Position numbers and translations under genes: made by a program. This document shows, piece by piece, positions 48,688 to 59,157 of a stretch of DNA of 64,000 bases (within the stretch, counting starts at the first letter, position 1; each line of letters starts with the position of its first letter). The DNA comes from an uncultured Thermoleophilia bacterium (GTDB taxonomy: Bacteria > Actinomycetota > Thermoleophilia > UBA2241), in assembly GCA_963707855.1 (NCBI GenBank), contig CAVPRQ010000017.1, positions 33,040-97,039 of the forward strand, in the 5' to 3' direction. Under the pieces are notes generated by a model, which was not told the DNA's origin, made no database searches, and saw nothing but the letters and a program-made list of their open reading frames with translations.

Positions 48688-51600
48688 TCACCGGACTGTG
48701 AGCACCGTACTGAGCGGGGTCGTGTCTCCGGCCCACGTGGCCGTCGCGACCGTGTACGCCCTGAAGCGGTACTTGCCTTTCGTGATCAGCTTGACCTTCA
48801 CGGCGTACCTGGTGTTGCTGCCGCTGTCGGCGTTGGTGGCCGAGACCTGCTTGACGAAGACCCAGCGACGGTTCTTGTAGCGGTAGACCTTGACCTTGAC
48901 GGTCCTCTCGCCTGCCGGGAAGTGCGGCCTGAGCGTGCCGTACACGGTGAACGACCGCCGCGACCTCACCGACGACGGCACCTTGGGTACGCCCAGCAGC
49001 GGCCGCACGCCCACCCGCACCATGTAGCTGAGCGAGTCACCGTAGTTCGAGCCCGCTTCAGCCACGAAGCGCACCCGGTAGTAGATCGAGCTCGTCGGCG
49101 TGACGGTCAGACTGAAGGTGCCCACGGAGGCTATGTCCGCGCTGGTCGTCAGCGTCTGCAGGTCCACCCACGGTCCTGCGGTCGACGACGCTGACTGCAC
49201 CGTGACGGACCGGCCGCCCATGCCTACCTCGCCCAGAGGATCGCTGGAGTCCCACAGCACGCCGCGGAGCACGGTGGAGGCCCCGTAGTCGACGATGGTC
49301 TTCCTCGCGCTGACCTCGATCCTCGTCTGCACGCCCGCGCGAAGCTGGCGCTGATCGTGTGGCTGGCGGTGACGTTGGCTGAAGCTGTAGCTCGGGACTG
49401 GACCGATGGAGACGCCGTCGACGAGCACGTCGGCAATGTAGTAACCCTTCGCCGCTGTGATCGTGAAGGCCTGGGTGGCGCCGTAGTCCACGGTCTGCGC
49501 GCCCAGCGGGCTGATGCGTGCCGTGGGCCCCGGCGCTGGCGGTGATCGTGAAGGTGTCGATCGCGAAGGTGGCGCTGATCGTGTGGTCCGCGGTCACGTT
49601 GGTGAACGTGTAGGAGGTGCGGGCGCCGACCGAGACGCCGTCGACGAGCACGTCGGCGACGTGGTAGCCGGTCGCCGGGTCGATGGTGAAGGCCTGGCTC
49701 GGCGCCGTGGGTCGACGGTCTGCGCGCCCAGCGGGCTGATGGTGCCGTGGGCCCCGGCGCAGGAGGTGATCGTGTAGGTCAGGCGTCGCGAAGGTGGCGC
49801 TGACGGCGAGGTTCGCGGTGACGTTGCGTGTCGGTGCGCGTGGCGGTCGTCGACGCCGTCGCTCCAGCGCGGTGAAGCGGTAGCCGGTGTCGGGATCGGC
49901 GGTGACGGCGGTGCCGTCCTCGCCGTAGGCGACGGTCTGCGAGGTGTCGCCGGTGACGCTGCCGCCCGCGCCGGCGCTGTAGGTGAGGCGTGTAGGTCAG
50001 GCTCGCGAAGGTGGCGCTGACGGCGAGGTTCGCGGTGACGTTGGTGTCGGTGCGCGTGGCGGTCGTGACGCCGTCGCTCCAGCCGGTGAAGCGGTAGCCG
50101 GTGTCGGGATCGGCGGTGACGGCGGTGCCGTCCTCGCCGTAGGCGACGGTCTGCGAGGTGTCGCCGGTGAGCGCTGCCGCCCGCGCCGGCGCTGTAGGTG
50201 AGGCTGTAGGTCAGGCGCGCGAAGGTGGCGCTGACGGCGAGGTTCGCGGTGACGTTCGTGTCGGTGCGCGTGGCGGTCGTGACGCCGTCGCTCCAGGCGG
50301 TGAAGCGGTAGCCGGTGTCGGGATCGGCGGTGACGGCGGTGCCGTCCTCGCCGTAGGCGACGGTCTGCGAGGTGTCGCCGGTGACGCTGCCGCCCGCGCC
50401 GGCGCTGTAGGTGAGGCTGTAGGTCAGGCGCGCGAAGGCGGCGCTGACGGCGAGGTTCGCGGTGACGTTCGTGTCGGTGCGCGTGGCGGTCGTGACGCCG
50501 TCGCTCCAGCCGGTGAAGCGGTAGCCGGTGTCGGGATCGGCGGTGACGGCGGTGCCGTCCTCGCCGTAGGCGACGGTCTGCGAGGTGTCGCCGGTGACGC
50601 TGCCGCCCGCGCCGGCGCTGTAGGTGAGGCTGTAGGTCAGGCGCGCGAAGGCGGCGCTGACGGCGAGGTTCGCGGTGACGTTCGTGTCGGTGCGCGTGGC
50701 GGTCGTGACGCCGTCGCTCCAGCCGGTGAAGCGGTAGCCGGTGTCGGGATCGGCGGTGACGGCGGTGCCGTCCTCGCCGTAGGCGACGGTCTGCGAGGTG
50801 TCGCCGGTGAGCGCTGCCGCCCGCGCCGGCGCTGTAGGTGAGGCTGTAGGTCAGGCGCGCGAAGGAGGCGCTGACGGCGAGGTTCGCGGTGATGTTCGTG
50901 TCGGTGCGCGTGGCGGTCGTGACGCCGTCGCTCCAGGCGGTGAAGCGGTAGCCGGTGTCGGGATCGGCGGTGACGGCGGTGCCGTCCTCGCCGTAGGCGA
51001 CGGTCTGCGAGGTGTCGCCGGTGACGCTGCCGCCCGCGCCGGCGCTGTAGGTGAGGCTGTAGGTCAGGCGCGCGAAGGAGGCGCTGACGGCGAGGTTCGC
51101 GGTGACGTTCGTGTCGGTGCGCGTGGCGGTCGTGACGCCGTCGCTCCAGGCGGTGAAGCGGTAGCCGGTGTCGGGATCGGCGGTGACGGCGGTGCCGTCC
51201 TCGCCGTAGGCGACGGTCTGCGAGGTGTCGCCGGTGAGGCTGCCGCCCGCGCCGGCGCTGTAGGTGAGGCTGTAGGTCAGGCGCGCGAAGGCGGCGCTGA
51301 CGGCGAGGTTCGCGGTGACGTTGGTGTCGGTGCGCGTGGCGGTCGTGACGCCGTCGCTCCAGCCGGTGAAGCGGTAGCCGGTGTCGGGATCGGCGGTGAC
51401 GGCGGTGCCGTCCCCGCCGTAGGCGACGGTCTGCGAGGTGTCGCCGGTGAGCGCTGCCGCCCGCGCCGGCGCTGTAGGTGAGGCTGTAGGTCAGGCGCGC
51501 GAAGGCGGCGCTGACGGCGAGGTTCGCGGTGACGTTCGTGTCGGTGCGCGTGGCGGTCGTGACGCCGTCGCTCCAGGCGGTGAAGCGGTAGCCGGTGTCG

Positions 51601-52050
51601 GGATCGGCGGTGACGGCGGTGCCGTCCTCGCCGTAGGCGACGGTCTGCGAGGTGTCGCCGGTGAGCGCTGCCGCCCGCGCCGGCGCTGTAGGTGAGGCTG
51701 TAGGTCAGGCGCGCGAAGGAGGCGCTGATCGTGTGGTCCGCAGTGACGTTCGTGAACGTGTAGCTCGCCACCGCACCTTCCGAGGTGCCGTCAACGAGCA
51801 CGTCAGCGATCTCGTAGCCGGTGTTCGGGGAGATGGAGAACGTCTGGTCGGCTGACTCGACGACCGGGACATCGCCCGAAGGATCGATGTTGCCGCCCGG
51901 TCCGGCGCTCGCCGTGATGACCCAGGTGTCGCCGGGGGCGAGCGGGTCGGCCGCCATCACGAGACCAGCGCCGACGAGCACCAGCGCGACCGCCGTGGCA
52001 AGGACGAGCACGACGGTCACCAAGACCCGTAGGCTACGCAAGTTGCTCAC
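48688..52050 (-). CDS. Large secreted/surface repeat protein of about 1120 aa, multiply frame-broken: signal peptide, divergent InlB B-repeat domains, 9-10 Listeria-Bacteroides (Flg_new) repeats, two C-terminal Ig-like modules
   Basis: N-terminus is ORF 51277..52050: MSNLRSLRVLVTVVLVLATAVALVLVGAGLVMAADP..., then NTGYEIADVLVDGTSEGAVASYTFTNVTADHTISASFA. Manual translation of the repeats gives TYSAGAGGSVTGDTSQTVAYGEDGTAVTADPDTGYRFTGWSDGVTTATRTDTNVTANLAVSAAFARLTYSL. C-terminus comes from ORFs 49058..49651 and 48688..49491 (...YRVRFVAEAGSNYGDS...KVKVYRYKNRRWVFVKQVSA...TVLTVR*). No LPXTG motif seen. Confidence 0.75.
49777..51700. repeat. Tandem array of about 9 near-identical 213-bp (71-codon) units inside the surface protein gene
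   Basis: Unit consensus (+ strand): gtaggtcaggcgcgcgaagg[c/t/a]ggcgctgacggcgaggttcgcggtgacgtt[c/g]gtgtcggtgcgcgtggcggtcgtgacgccgtcgctccag[c/g]cggtgaagcggtagccggtgtcgggatcggcggtgacggcggtgccgtcctcgccgtaggcgacggtctgcgaggtgtcgccggtgacgctgccgcccgcgccggcgctgtaggtgaggct. Unit starts lie near 49777, 49989, 50206, 50419, 50632, 50846, 51059, 51272 and 51486. Confidence 0.9.
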
Positions 52051-52103
52051 CGGTACCTCCCCGCTCCCCGTGCGTTCAACGTGTCGCCGCTCAACCCCTC
52101 AGC

Positions 52104-53772
52104 TCAGCGGACCGTGATGGTCACGACTCGGCTCCGGGCCCCGCCGTGGGTGCTTGTGGCCCGCAGGCGCGCCTGCAGGTGATACGTCTCGGCCTTCGGT
52201 GTCCCGAACTGGCGACTCGCCCAGGTGCGCCCGTCTCGCAGACTGGCGGAACCTCCCAAGCTGACCGGTCGCCAGCTCCCGCCGCGATCGGTGTACAGGT
52301 ATACCGTCTCTCCGCGAAGCGTAGGTGTGACGGAGCCGGAGATCCGGTAGACGTCGCCGACGCGCAGACTCAAGCTCGCCGTGGTCGTGCTGATCTTCGG
52401 CGTGACGACGACCCTGGCTGGTCCGGTCAGTACTGCGGTGGTCTGCCCGTACTCGAAATCAAGACGGTACTCGTGCGTGAGTCGCGGCTTGAGGAGGAAC
52501 GACAGGCTTCGGCCCCAATCGCCCGACGTCCACGAGACCTTCTGCACCGTCGACCAGGAGCGGCCGGGAACGCGCTGGCGCAGGACGCACCACGCCCGGC
52601 GCGCCGACGCGCACCGTCGCTGTCAGGCGGGAGCTGGCTCCGACCAGGATGCGCGCGCGGCTGAGCCGAACGGTAGCGGGCTCTCGGCCGGCGCTCAACG
52701 TCCGGACGAGGCGGCTGTCGGTCCCGAGAACGTAGGCGACGCTCTGGCTCCCCGGAGCGACGGCGCACGCAGTGCCACTCAGTCCCGTGGACCCGCTCAG
52801 CCAGAGCTGGGTCACGGGCTCGAAGAAGCCGGTGTTGGGACTGCCGGCGAGGACGAGGGATCCGTCGGGCAAGCCCGGCCAGGCCATCGCCGGCCACGAC
52901 TGGGAGCTCAGGTCCGGCAGTCCCGGCAATGACGTGAACGTGAGCGCGTCGTCGCTGCCGAGGACGTCACCGCCGGTGGCCGCGAAGAGGTCGGGCTGAC
53001 CGTCGCCCCACGCCGGGTCGGTGGATGCGGAGACAGAAGTCACGCGTCCCGCCACGGTGCCGACGATCGCCCAGTCGCCGGCGCCGCCGACGAGGATCTC
53101 GCCGGCCGCGGAGCCGGCGACGGCCGTGCCGTCGCCGGCGATCGCCACCGAGGTGAGGGAGCTGGAGGTCGGCGAATCGGGCGTGCTCCACGTCGCGCCC
53201 GCGTCATCACTCGTCAAGATCAATCCGTCGTCGCCGACCGCCACGCCAAGGGAACCGCGCAGCGCGACGTCGTTGATCGCCTCCCTCGGGCTGGGCCCGT
53301 TGTAGGACGGCTTATGCCACGCGCTCGCCCAATCGTCCCTCACGCGCAGCAGGCCGCCCGACGCGACGACGCCGTGCCCGGAGCTGTCGACCGCGATCGC
53401 CGTGAGCACCGCCGACTCGAGACCGCCGGGCACGACCACGCTCCAGGAACCGCCGCCGTTGCGCGTGATGCCGATGTGGCCGTCGTCGCCGGCCGCGGCC
53501 AGGCCCGTGGCGCCGAAGGCGTAGACGTCGTTGACGGCCCACGACGAGCCCCACGGCGAGGCCACCGGCGACCACGGCGTCGTGGCGGCCTCCGCCGGGG
53601 TAGTGCCGACGCAGAGAAAGGCGAGGCCGAGCACGACGACGGGCCGCAGGGCGCGTGGCACGATCGACGAACGGTCCGGCAGCCGAGGAACGAGACGCCG
53701 GACGCAACGAAGCCGTTCTCGACCGGCTCCTCGCGAAGCGGGTCCGTGCTCGGATCGCACGGTGGTGCTCAT
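52104..53772 (-). CDS. Secreted BNR/Asp-box beta-propeller protein (Ycf48/sialidase-like fold) with two C-terminal Ig-like modules; 1 frame break
   Basis: ORF 52459..53844 read from ATG 53772. Signal-like ...RPVVVLGLAFLCVGTTPAEAATTP. Asp-box-like motifs ITRNGGGSWSV and TSDDAGATWST. It joins ORF 52104..52547 (QKVSWTSGDWGRSLSF...RVVTITVR*) near 52560. Confidence 0.65.
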
Positions 53773-53936
53773 GAATCTCGTCCCCTCATGGAAGGACGCG
53801 AGCATACCAGAGACCACATCCCGGATGCCTCGCCCCGTCCGCACACAACGATAGCGCCGGCGTGCCGAACGCGTTGTTCACACAGTAGCCCCGTCGCGGT
53901 CGCCCGACAACGTCGCGAAAGGGAATAGCCGCCGCC

Positions 53937-54983
53937 TCACGAGACAACGCGCGACGGCGGGCGGCGCGCGGTCTCGTTGACCAGCACGATGCGGTACCGC
54001 GCTTCGTTCTCCCTCAGGCGCTGGATGGCTTCGTTCACCTGCGACATGGGCATCAGCTCGATCTCGGGCGTGATGCCCCGGTCCTGCGCGAAGGCGAGCA
54101 TCTCGCGCATCGTGGCTCGATCGCCGAGGAAGGAGCCCGTGATGGTCAGCTCGCGGGCTACCAGATTGGTCGAGTTGAAGGCCACATCCGGGAAGCCGAC
54201 GAGCACCAGCTTGCCTCTCTTCCGCAAGGTCGCAAGCATCGCTTCCCAGTCCACCCCGCCGCCTGCCGTGCACAACGCAAGGTCGAAGCTGAGCGCGACC
54301 CGTCTCAGGCTCTCGCGGTCGTTCGAGTCGATGAAGCGGTCTGCACCGAACGCGAGCGCCTGTTCTTCCTTCTCCGGCTGGGAGGATACCGCCACGACCT
54401 CGTAGCCGAGGGCATGCGCGAATCGGATGGCCAGATGACCGAGGCCCCCACTCCGACGACGGCCACCGTCTGCGCGGACTCCGTCCGGTGCTGTGCTGAG
54501 CGGCCCGTAGACGGCGACGCCGGCGCACATGAGCACGGCGGCGACCTCGGAGGGCATGGTCTCAGGCAGTGGATACGCGAAGCCCCCGTCAACGACCACG
54601 GAGGACGAGAAGCCGCCGTAGGGCACCCATGTGCCTGACGGGACGATGTCCAGGCAGAGCTGTTCCTCCCCCTTGTGACACCACTCGCACTGCCCGCAGG
54701 ACCGGCCCTGCCAGCCGACGCCGACCCGGTCGCCTGGCTTCAGCCCGGAGACCGCGCGAGCGGCGGCCGACACGTGCTCGACGATCTCGTGCCCGGGCAC
54801 GAAGGGGTAGTCGGTGATCCCGTAGTAGTCGTCGACGGCGTGGATGTCGCTGTGACAGACGCCGCAGTGAGTGACGGAGATGCCGACGTCATGTTCTCCG
54901 AGCTCCGGCGGCTTGTACTCGAGGGGTTCAAGTGGCTGGCCCGCCGCCATCGCCGCATATCCCAGGATCCTCGACGCAGACAT
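53937..54983 (-). CDS. Zinc-dependent alcohol dehydrogenase (cinnamyl-alcohol dehydrogenase-like); two compensating indels
   Basis: ORF 53937..55187 read from ATG 54983 (GGGAGG upstream). GISVTHCGVCHSDIHAVDD, GHEIVEHV, structural Zn site CGQCEWCHKGEEQLC. The dinucleotide-binding loop reads GVRADGGRRRSGGLGHL in frame but AQTVAVVGVG in the +1 frame (54440-54475), so it should be ...TVAVVGVGGLGHLAIRFA. Confidence 0.82.
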   Translation of the reverse strand: MSASRILGYAAMAAGQPLEPLEYKPPELGEHDVGISVTHCGVCHSDIHAVDDYYGITDYPFVPGHEIVEHVSAAARAVSGLKPGDRVGVGWQGRSCGQCEWCHKGEEQLCLDIVPSGTWVPYGGFSSSVVVDGGFAYPLPETMPSEVAAVLMCAGVAVYGPLSTAPDGVRADGGRRRSGGLGHLAIRFAHALGYEVVAVSSQPEKEEQALAFGADRFIDSNDRESLRRVALSFDLALCTAGGGVDWEAMLATLRKRGKLVLVGFPDVAFNSTNLVARELTITGSFLGDRATMREMLAFAQDRGITPEIELMPMSQVNEAIQRLRENEARYRIVLVNETARRPPSRVVS

Positions 54984-55292
54984 CTGCCGTACCTCCCGTA
55001 GTGAGGAACGCGCTCCGCTGGGACAGCCGAGGATGCTGCCCGACTGCCAGTATGGCAGCGTGAGTCGCAGCCGACGTGGCATTCGCCGTTGTGCGCGCCG
55101 AGATCGGCCCCGGAGTCGACGACGCGCGGCGCTTGACACCGGATCCTGTGGGCAGATCGCCGGCGACTTCGCCGATTCGGACGACACCGGGCGAACGGCC
55201 GGATACCGAGGTCCCCCGAGCAGTAGCAGGCTGATGCAGCCGCAACCCCACCGCGCCGGATGCTGAAGGGGGCATCGCCAGGCGCGCGCACT

Positions 55293-56186
55293 CTACGGGG
55301 CGCCGCGCCACGAGTAGCCGGTTCTCGTGACGCTGACCCGGCCCAAGCCGGGGAAGGGGAAGTGGAAGGCGTGGACCAGGCAGACCTCGTCGGCGGCCTT
55401 CGCGAACAGAGTCCGCCGTGTCTGCGTGACGAGGACGGGGTCGGCGTCGAACACGGAGTGCCACTCTGGGTGCGCCACGTGCAGGGGGTGGAGGACCAGG
55501 TCCCCGATGACGAGGAGCCGCTCGCCGCGCGACGACAACTCCACGGCAAGGTGGCCGGGCGTATGACCAGGTGTTGGCCAATAGCGCACCCCGTTGATCG
55601 GTTCGCCTTCCTCGTCGACGAGCTCGAGGCAGTGCTCGAGCATGGGAAACGTCTGACGCGCGAGCTCGACGAGGAACGCCGCCGCATCGGCGGGCAACAC
55701 CCGATCAGCCTCGCCCTCCATCCAGAACCTCCACTCCCTTCTCGACAGGAGGACGCGGGCCGTCGGGAAGACGAGCGAACCGTCAGGACCGATCAGGCCG
55801 CCGACATGGTCCGGATGGCCGTGCGAAAGGATGACCATGTCGATGTCAGATGGGGCGACGCCGGCGTCGGCGAGGTTCTCGACGAGCCTTCCGGTCGCCG
55901 GGTCGAGCCCGCCGGCGCCGGCGTCAAGGAGGATCTTCTGCGCGCCGGTGTCGACCAGGAGACAGGTGATCTCCTCCGTCCACCGCGTCCACGGCGTCGA
56001 GCCGCCCGACTCACGGACGGCGGCGTCAAGATCGGCCGGTGGCGCATTGGCGAACAGTATCGGCCCAGGGGCCTCCGGCGGCTCGGACACCAGCGCCCCG
56101 TCGCTGATCGCAAGGCACTCAAAGCTCCCCACGCTGAAGCGGTAGTGTCGTGCGTCCACCGCCACGCCTCCTCGTCGTGCAGGCAT
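55293..56186 (-). CDS. MBL-fold metallo-hydrolase
   Basis: ORF 55293..56243, with the likely start at ATG 56186. ...ILLDAGAGG..., DMVILSHGHPDHVGGL (HxHxDH), TPGHTPGH, ...VHAFHFPFPGLG. Confidence 0.8.
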   Translation of the reverse strand: MPARRGGVAVDARHYRFSVGSFECLAISDGALVSEPPEAPGPILFANAPPADLDAAVRESGGSTPWTRWTEEITCLLVDTGAQKILLDAGAGGLDPATGRLVENLADAGVAPSDIDMVILSHGHPDHVGGLIGPDGSLVFPTARVLLSRREWRFWMEGEADRVLPADAAAFLVELARQTFPMLEHCLELVDEEGEPINGVRYWPTPGHTPGHLAVELSSRGERLLVIGDLVLHPLHVAHPEWHSVFDADPVLVTQTRRTLFAKAADEVCLVHAFHFPFPGLGRVSVTRTGYSWRGAP

Positions 56187-56286
56187 TGTAGCCCGCCGAC
56201 CGGTGTCCGAGGCTTCCCATCCGGACTGTGCCACGGCGGGCAACGTCGATGCACCGCCCGCGCGGCGTCGTTGGAGCCGCTGCGGA

Positions 56287-57750
56287 TCAGTCCATCCTGT
56301 CCCAACGCCAAAGCGTGACGCCCTTCGGCGTGGAGATGTCGAGGCAGCGCCGCAGCGCCCGCGACACCGGGTCGGGTCTGCGACCCTGGTCCTCCAGCAC
56401 CTCGCAGCGCTCGATGGCGCTGCGCACGACGCGCGCGCCGGCCGAGCGGACGGGCTCCGGTGGCAGGTAGGTCGGCGGCGCGGAGACCAGCGGCGACTGT
56501 GCGTAGTCGTCCTCGAGTCCCAAGGAGAGCGACGCCAGCGTCCGGCCGATCAGGTTGGACGACGTGACGCCGTTGCCGGCGTAGCCCATGCCGTAGTGGA
56601 TGTTGCGGTACTTGCCCAGGGTGCCGACCCAGGGGATGCCGTGCTGGGTGCGCTCCATGGGCCCGCCCCAGCGCCACTCCACCGCCAGCTCGCGCGTGGC
56701 CGGCAGCATGGCGCGCATGTCCGCGACGATCTCGGCGATCTCCCCGGCGTCGTGGTAGTGGGCCGCGATGACGCGGCCGCCGTACCCGAGGCGCCCGCCG
56801 CCGCGGCCGAAGACGACGCGGTCGTCTGAGGTGCGCTGCGCGTAGTGCACCGCGGTGCGTCCGTCGCCGAAGGGACGGCCGGCCGCCCAGCCGAGGCGGT
56901 CCAGCGCGTCCGGCGAGCTCGCCGTCGCGACGACGTGCGAGGGGATGATGAAGACGGTGCGGCGCAGCTCGGCGATGGCCGAGAGCCGGACGCCGGAGGC
57001 GAGGATGACCTTCTCGGCGGTCACGCTCCCGGTGGGGGTCGTGACGACGGCGGGCAGCGTGCGCTGCAGGCCGACCATCGGCGTGGCCTCGTAGACGCGC
57101 ACGCCGGCCGCGAGCGCCAGCCGGCGCAGCCCCTGGACCAGGAGCGCGGGCTGGACGCGGCCGGCCTGCGCGATCACCACGCCGGCCTCCGCCGCGGGCG
57201 CGCCCGACAGGTCGACCGCCTCGTCCTTGCTGAGGACGCGGAAGAGACCGTCGCGACCCAGCTCGCGCGCCAGGACCGCGGCCTCGAGGACGCCGTCGAT
57301 CTGGGCCGGGGAGAGCGCCACGACGAGGCCGCCCTCGAACGCCAGGTCGCAGTCGATGGCCTCGTCGCGCACGGTGTCACGGATGTCGTCGAGGCCGCGC
57401 TGGGAGGCATCGAGGAGCCATAGCGCGGCGTCCCGGCCAAAGTGGGCGACGAGTTTGGGCAGGGCGTCGTCCCAGCCGTTCACCCAGCCGCCGTTGCGGC
57501 CGCTGGCGCCGGCCCCGCAGTACTCCCGCTCGACGACCACGACGTCTGTCGCGGGCGCGAGACGCTTGATCGAGATCGCCGTCCAGAGGCCGGTGAACCC
57601 GCCGCCGACGATGCACACGTCGGCGCGCTCGGTGCTCGTCAGGGGCACCATGTCGCGCAGCTGCCAGCGCGGGTCGCCGCCCTGCCAATACACGGCCGCG
57701 CGCGTCGCGCCGCCGGGTTCCTCTTGCGCCTTGCTCCGCTGCTTCGCCAT
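56287..57750 (-). CDS. FAD-dependent oxidoreductase (DAO family, OrdL/PuuB-like amine oxidase type)
   Basis: Uninterrupted 487-aa ORF. ADVCIVGGGFTGLWTAISIKRL (dinucleotide fold), EREYCGAGASGRNGGWV, ...NIHYGMGYAGNGVTSSNLIGRTLA. Confidence 0.82.
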   Translation of the reverse strand: MAKQRSKAQEEPGGATRAAVYWQGGDPRWQLRDMVPLTSTERADVCIVGGGFTGLWTAISIKRLAPATDVVVVEREYCGAGASGRNGGWVNGWDDALPKLVAHFGRDAALWLLDASQRGLDDIRDTVRDEAIDCDLAFEGGLVVALSPAQIDGVLEAAVLARELGRDGLFRVLSKDEAVDLSGAPAAEAGVVIAQAGRVQPALLVQGLRRLALAAGVRVYEATPMVGLQRTLPAVVTTPTGSVTAEKVILASGVRLSAIAELRRTVFIIPSHVVATASSPDALDRLGWAAGRPFGDGRTAVHYAQRTSDDRVVFGRGGGRLGYGGRVIAAHYHDAGEIAEIVADMRAMLPATRELAVEWRWGGPMERTQHGIPWVGTLGKYRNIHYGMGYAGNGVTSSNLIGRTLASLSLGLEDDYAQSPLVSAPPTYLPPEPVRSAGARVVRSAIERCEVLEDQGRRPDPVSRALRRCLDISTPKGVTLWRWDRMD

Positions 57751-57989
57751 CCTCGCTCTCTCCTCCAGTCTGATCGCCGGCCGTCGCGCCGGCTTCTCGT
57801 CGAGGTAGCCCGCCCCGCCGAATCATCACTCTGCAGGCGTCTCCCCACCGCGTCGAGAGCCCTCGCAGCTCCCGGGACGACTCAAGGCTACACCCTCGAC
57901 CGCTCCGGCTGGTGCAGCCCAGGCTGCGAGTACGCTCGGGCGCGACCCCCAGGCCAAGGAGACGACCCAGCCGACTTCGTGCCGCCTCC

Positions 57990-58841
57990 CTACGAGACGG
58001 CGCCGAGCAGCGTGACGGCAGCGAGGGTGAGCACGATACCGAGCATCTGCGTGCGGCTGGGTCGCTCGCCGAGCAGCACCATGCCGAGCAAGACGGCCAT
58101 CGTGCCGGTCTGGGCGACGATGATGCCGACCACCGGCAGCGGACCGATGGCCGTCGCCGCGGCGAACGCGATGAGGGCTCCAGCGTCCATCAGCCCGCAG
58201 GCCCCCACGCGTCGACGGAACCGCACCGGCAGGCGCCACGCGCGCAGCGCCACCGCCAGCGGCACGGTCGCGAGAACCGTGGCCAGGCCCGCGAACAGCG
58301 CGACGGTGATCGGCGCCAGCGCCGAGGCCTCGCCGAAGAGGATGGTGACCACGCCGAAGACCGCGGCCGCCAGGACCGCCCACCCCGCGCCGGCGGCGGC
58401 CGACCGCGAACGGCTGCCGTCGTCGGCCGGCTCGAAGGAGGTGAGCGCGCCCCCCACCACGGCCAGCGGCAGCGCGACCCAGACGGCGCTCGACACGGAC
58501 TGCCCGATGATGAGGACGAAGACGACCGTGAAGGCACTCGAGATGGACCCGAGGGGGGAAACCACCGACAGCTGGCCGCGGCTGAGCGCCGTGAGCCACG
58601 CCAGGAAGGCCGCGACCTCGAAGACCCCGCCGAGGGCGGCGAAGCCGGCGGCACGCCATTCCTCGCCGCCCGATGGCAAGTCGCCGATGATCGCCGCGAC
58701 GGCCGCGACGGCGAGCACGGCTACGACCCTGATCCAGAGGACCCCCGCGATCACCGAGGCCGCACGCGCCACCGGCATCATCAGGTAGTCCTGCAGCGCG
58801 TAGCTGAGCGCAGTGGAGAGGCTGAGGATGATGGTGGTCAT
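57990..58841 (-). CDS. EamA/DMT-family transporter
   Basis: Uninterrupted 283-aa ORF with about 10 hydrophobic helices in two halves. MTTIILSLSTALSYALQDYLMM..., ...AQTGTMAVLLGMVLLGERPSRTQMLGIVLTLAAVTLL. Confidence 0.75.
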   Translation of the reverse strand: MTTIILSLSTALSYALQDYLMMPVARAASVIAGVLWIRVVAVLAVAAVAAIIGDLPSGGEEWRAAGFAALGGVFEVAAFLAWLTALSRGQLSVVSPLGSISSAFTVVFVLIIGQSVSSAVWVALPLAVVGGALTSFEPADDGSRSRSAAAGAGWAVLAAAVFGVVTILFGEASALAPITVALFAGLATVLATVPLAVALRAWRLPVRFRRRVGACGLMDAGALIAFAAATAIGPLPVVGIIVAQTGTMAVLLGMVLLGERPSRTQMLGIVLTLAAVTLLGAVS

Positions 58842-59157
58842 CGCTGCATTGCGGTGGCCTTCATGGGCGGCAGGGCGGCTGCGCGTGCACGATCACGCTG
58901 CGGGCGAGCCAGATCAGGCAGACCGTAGCACCACAAGCGGCCGCGTGTCACGAGCCGGCCGGACAGCTGTCTCCGATGATGAGCCCCCCTGCCCTGCCGC
59001 CAAAGCTGATGCTGCCCCATGGTCGGCCATGTCGTGCAGACACCGGGCGGCTCGTCCGGTCATGAAAACGGAACGGGAGGCCTTCGCACCCTGCAGCGCC
59101 GGCCGTAGGCTGGGTCTGCCGGGCCAGGGGCCCAAGCCCTCACCGATCCGCCCCGGC

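Noticed and set aside
50158-51695. Repeated plus-strand ORFs (50158..50841, 50798..51481, 51438..51695) encoding GGADGEVRGDV... repeats.
   Set aside because: They are the antisense reading of the 213-bp repeats. The minus strand gives a bona fide Listeria-Bacteroides (Flg_new) repeat sequence (GYRFTGWSDG...), so the plus-strand ORFs are artefacts.
49777-51700. Possible CRISPR array, given regularly spaced near-identical repeats.
   Set aside because: The units are 213 bp, directly abutting with no unique spacers, and they encode a protein repeat. No cas genes are in the window.
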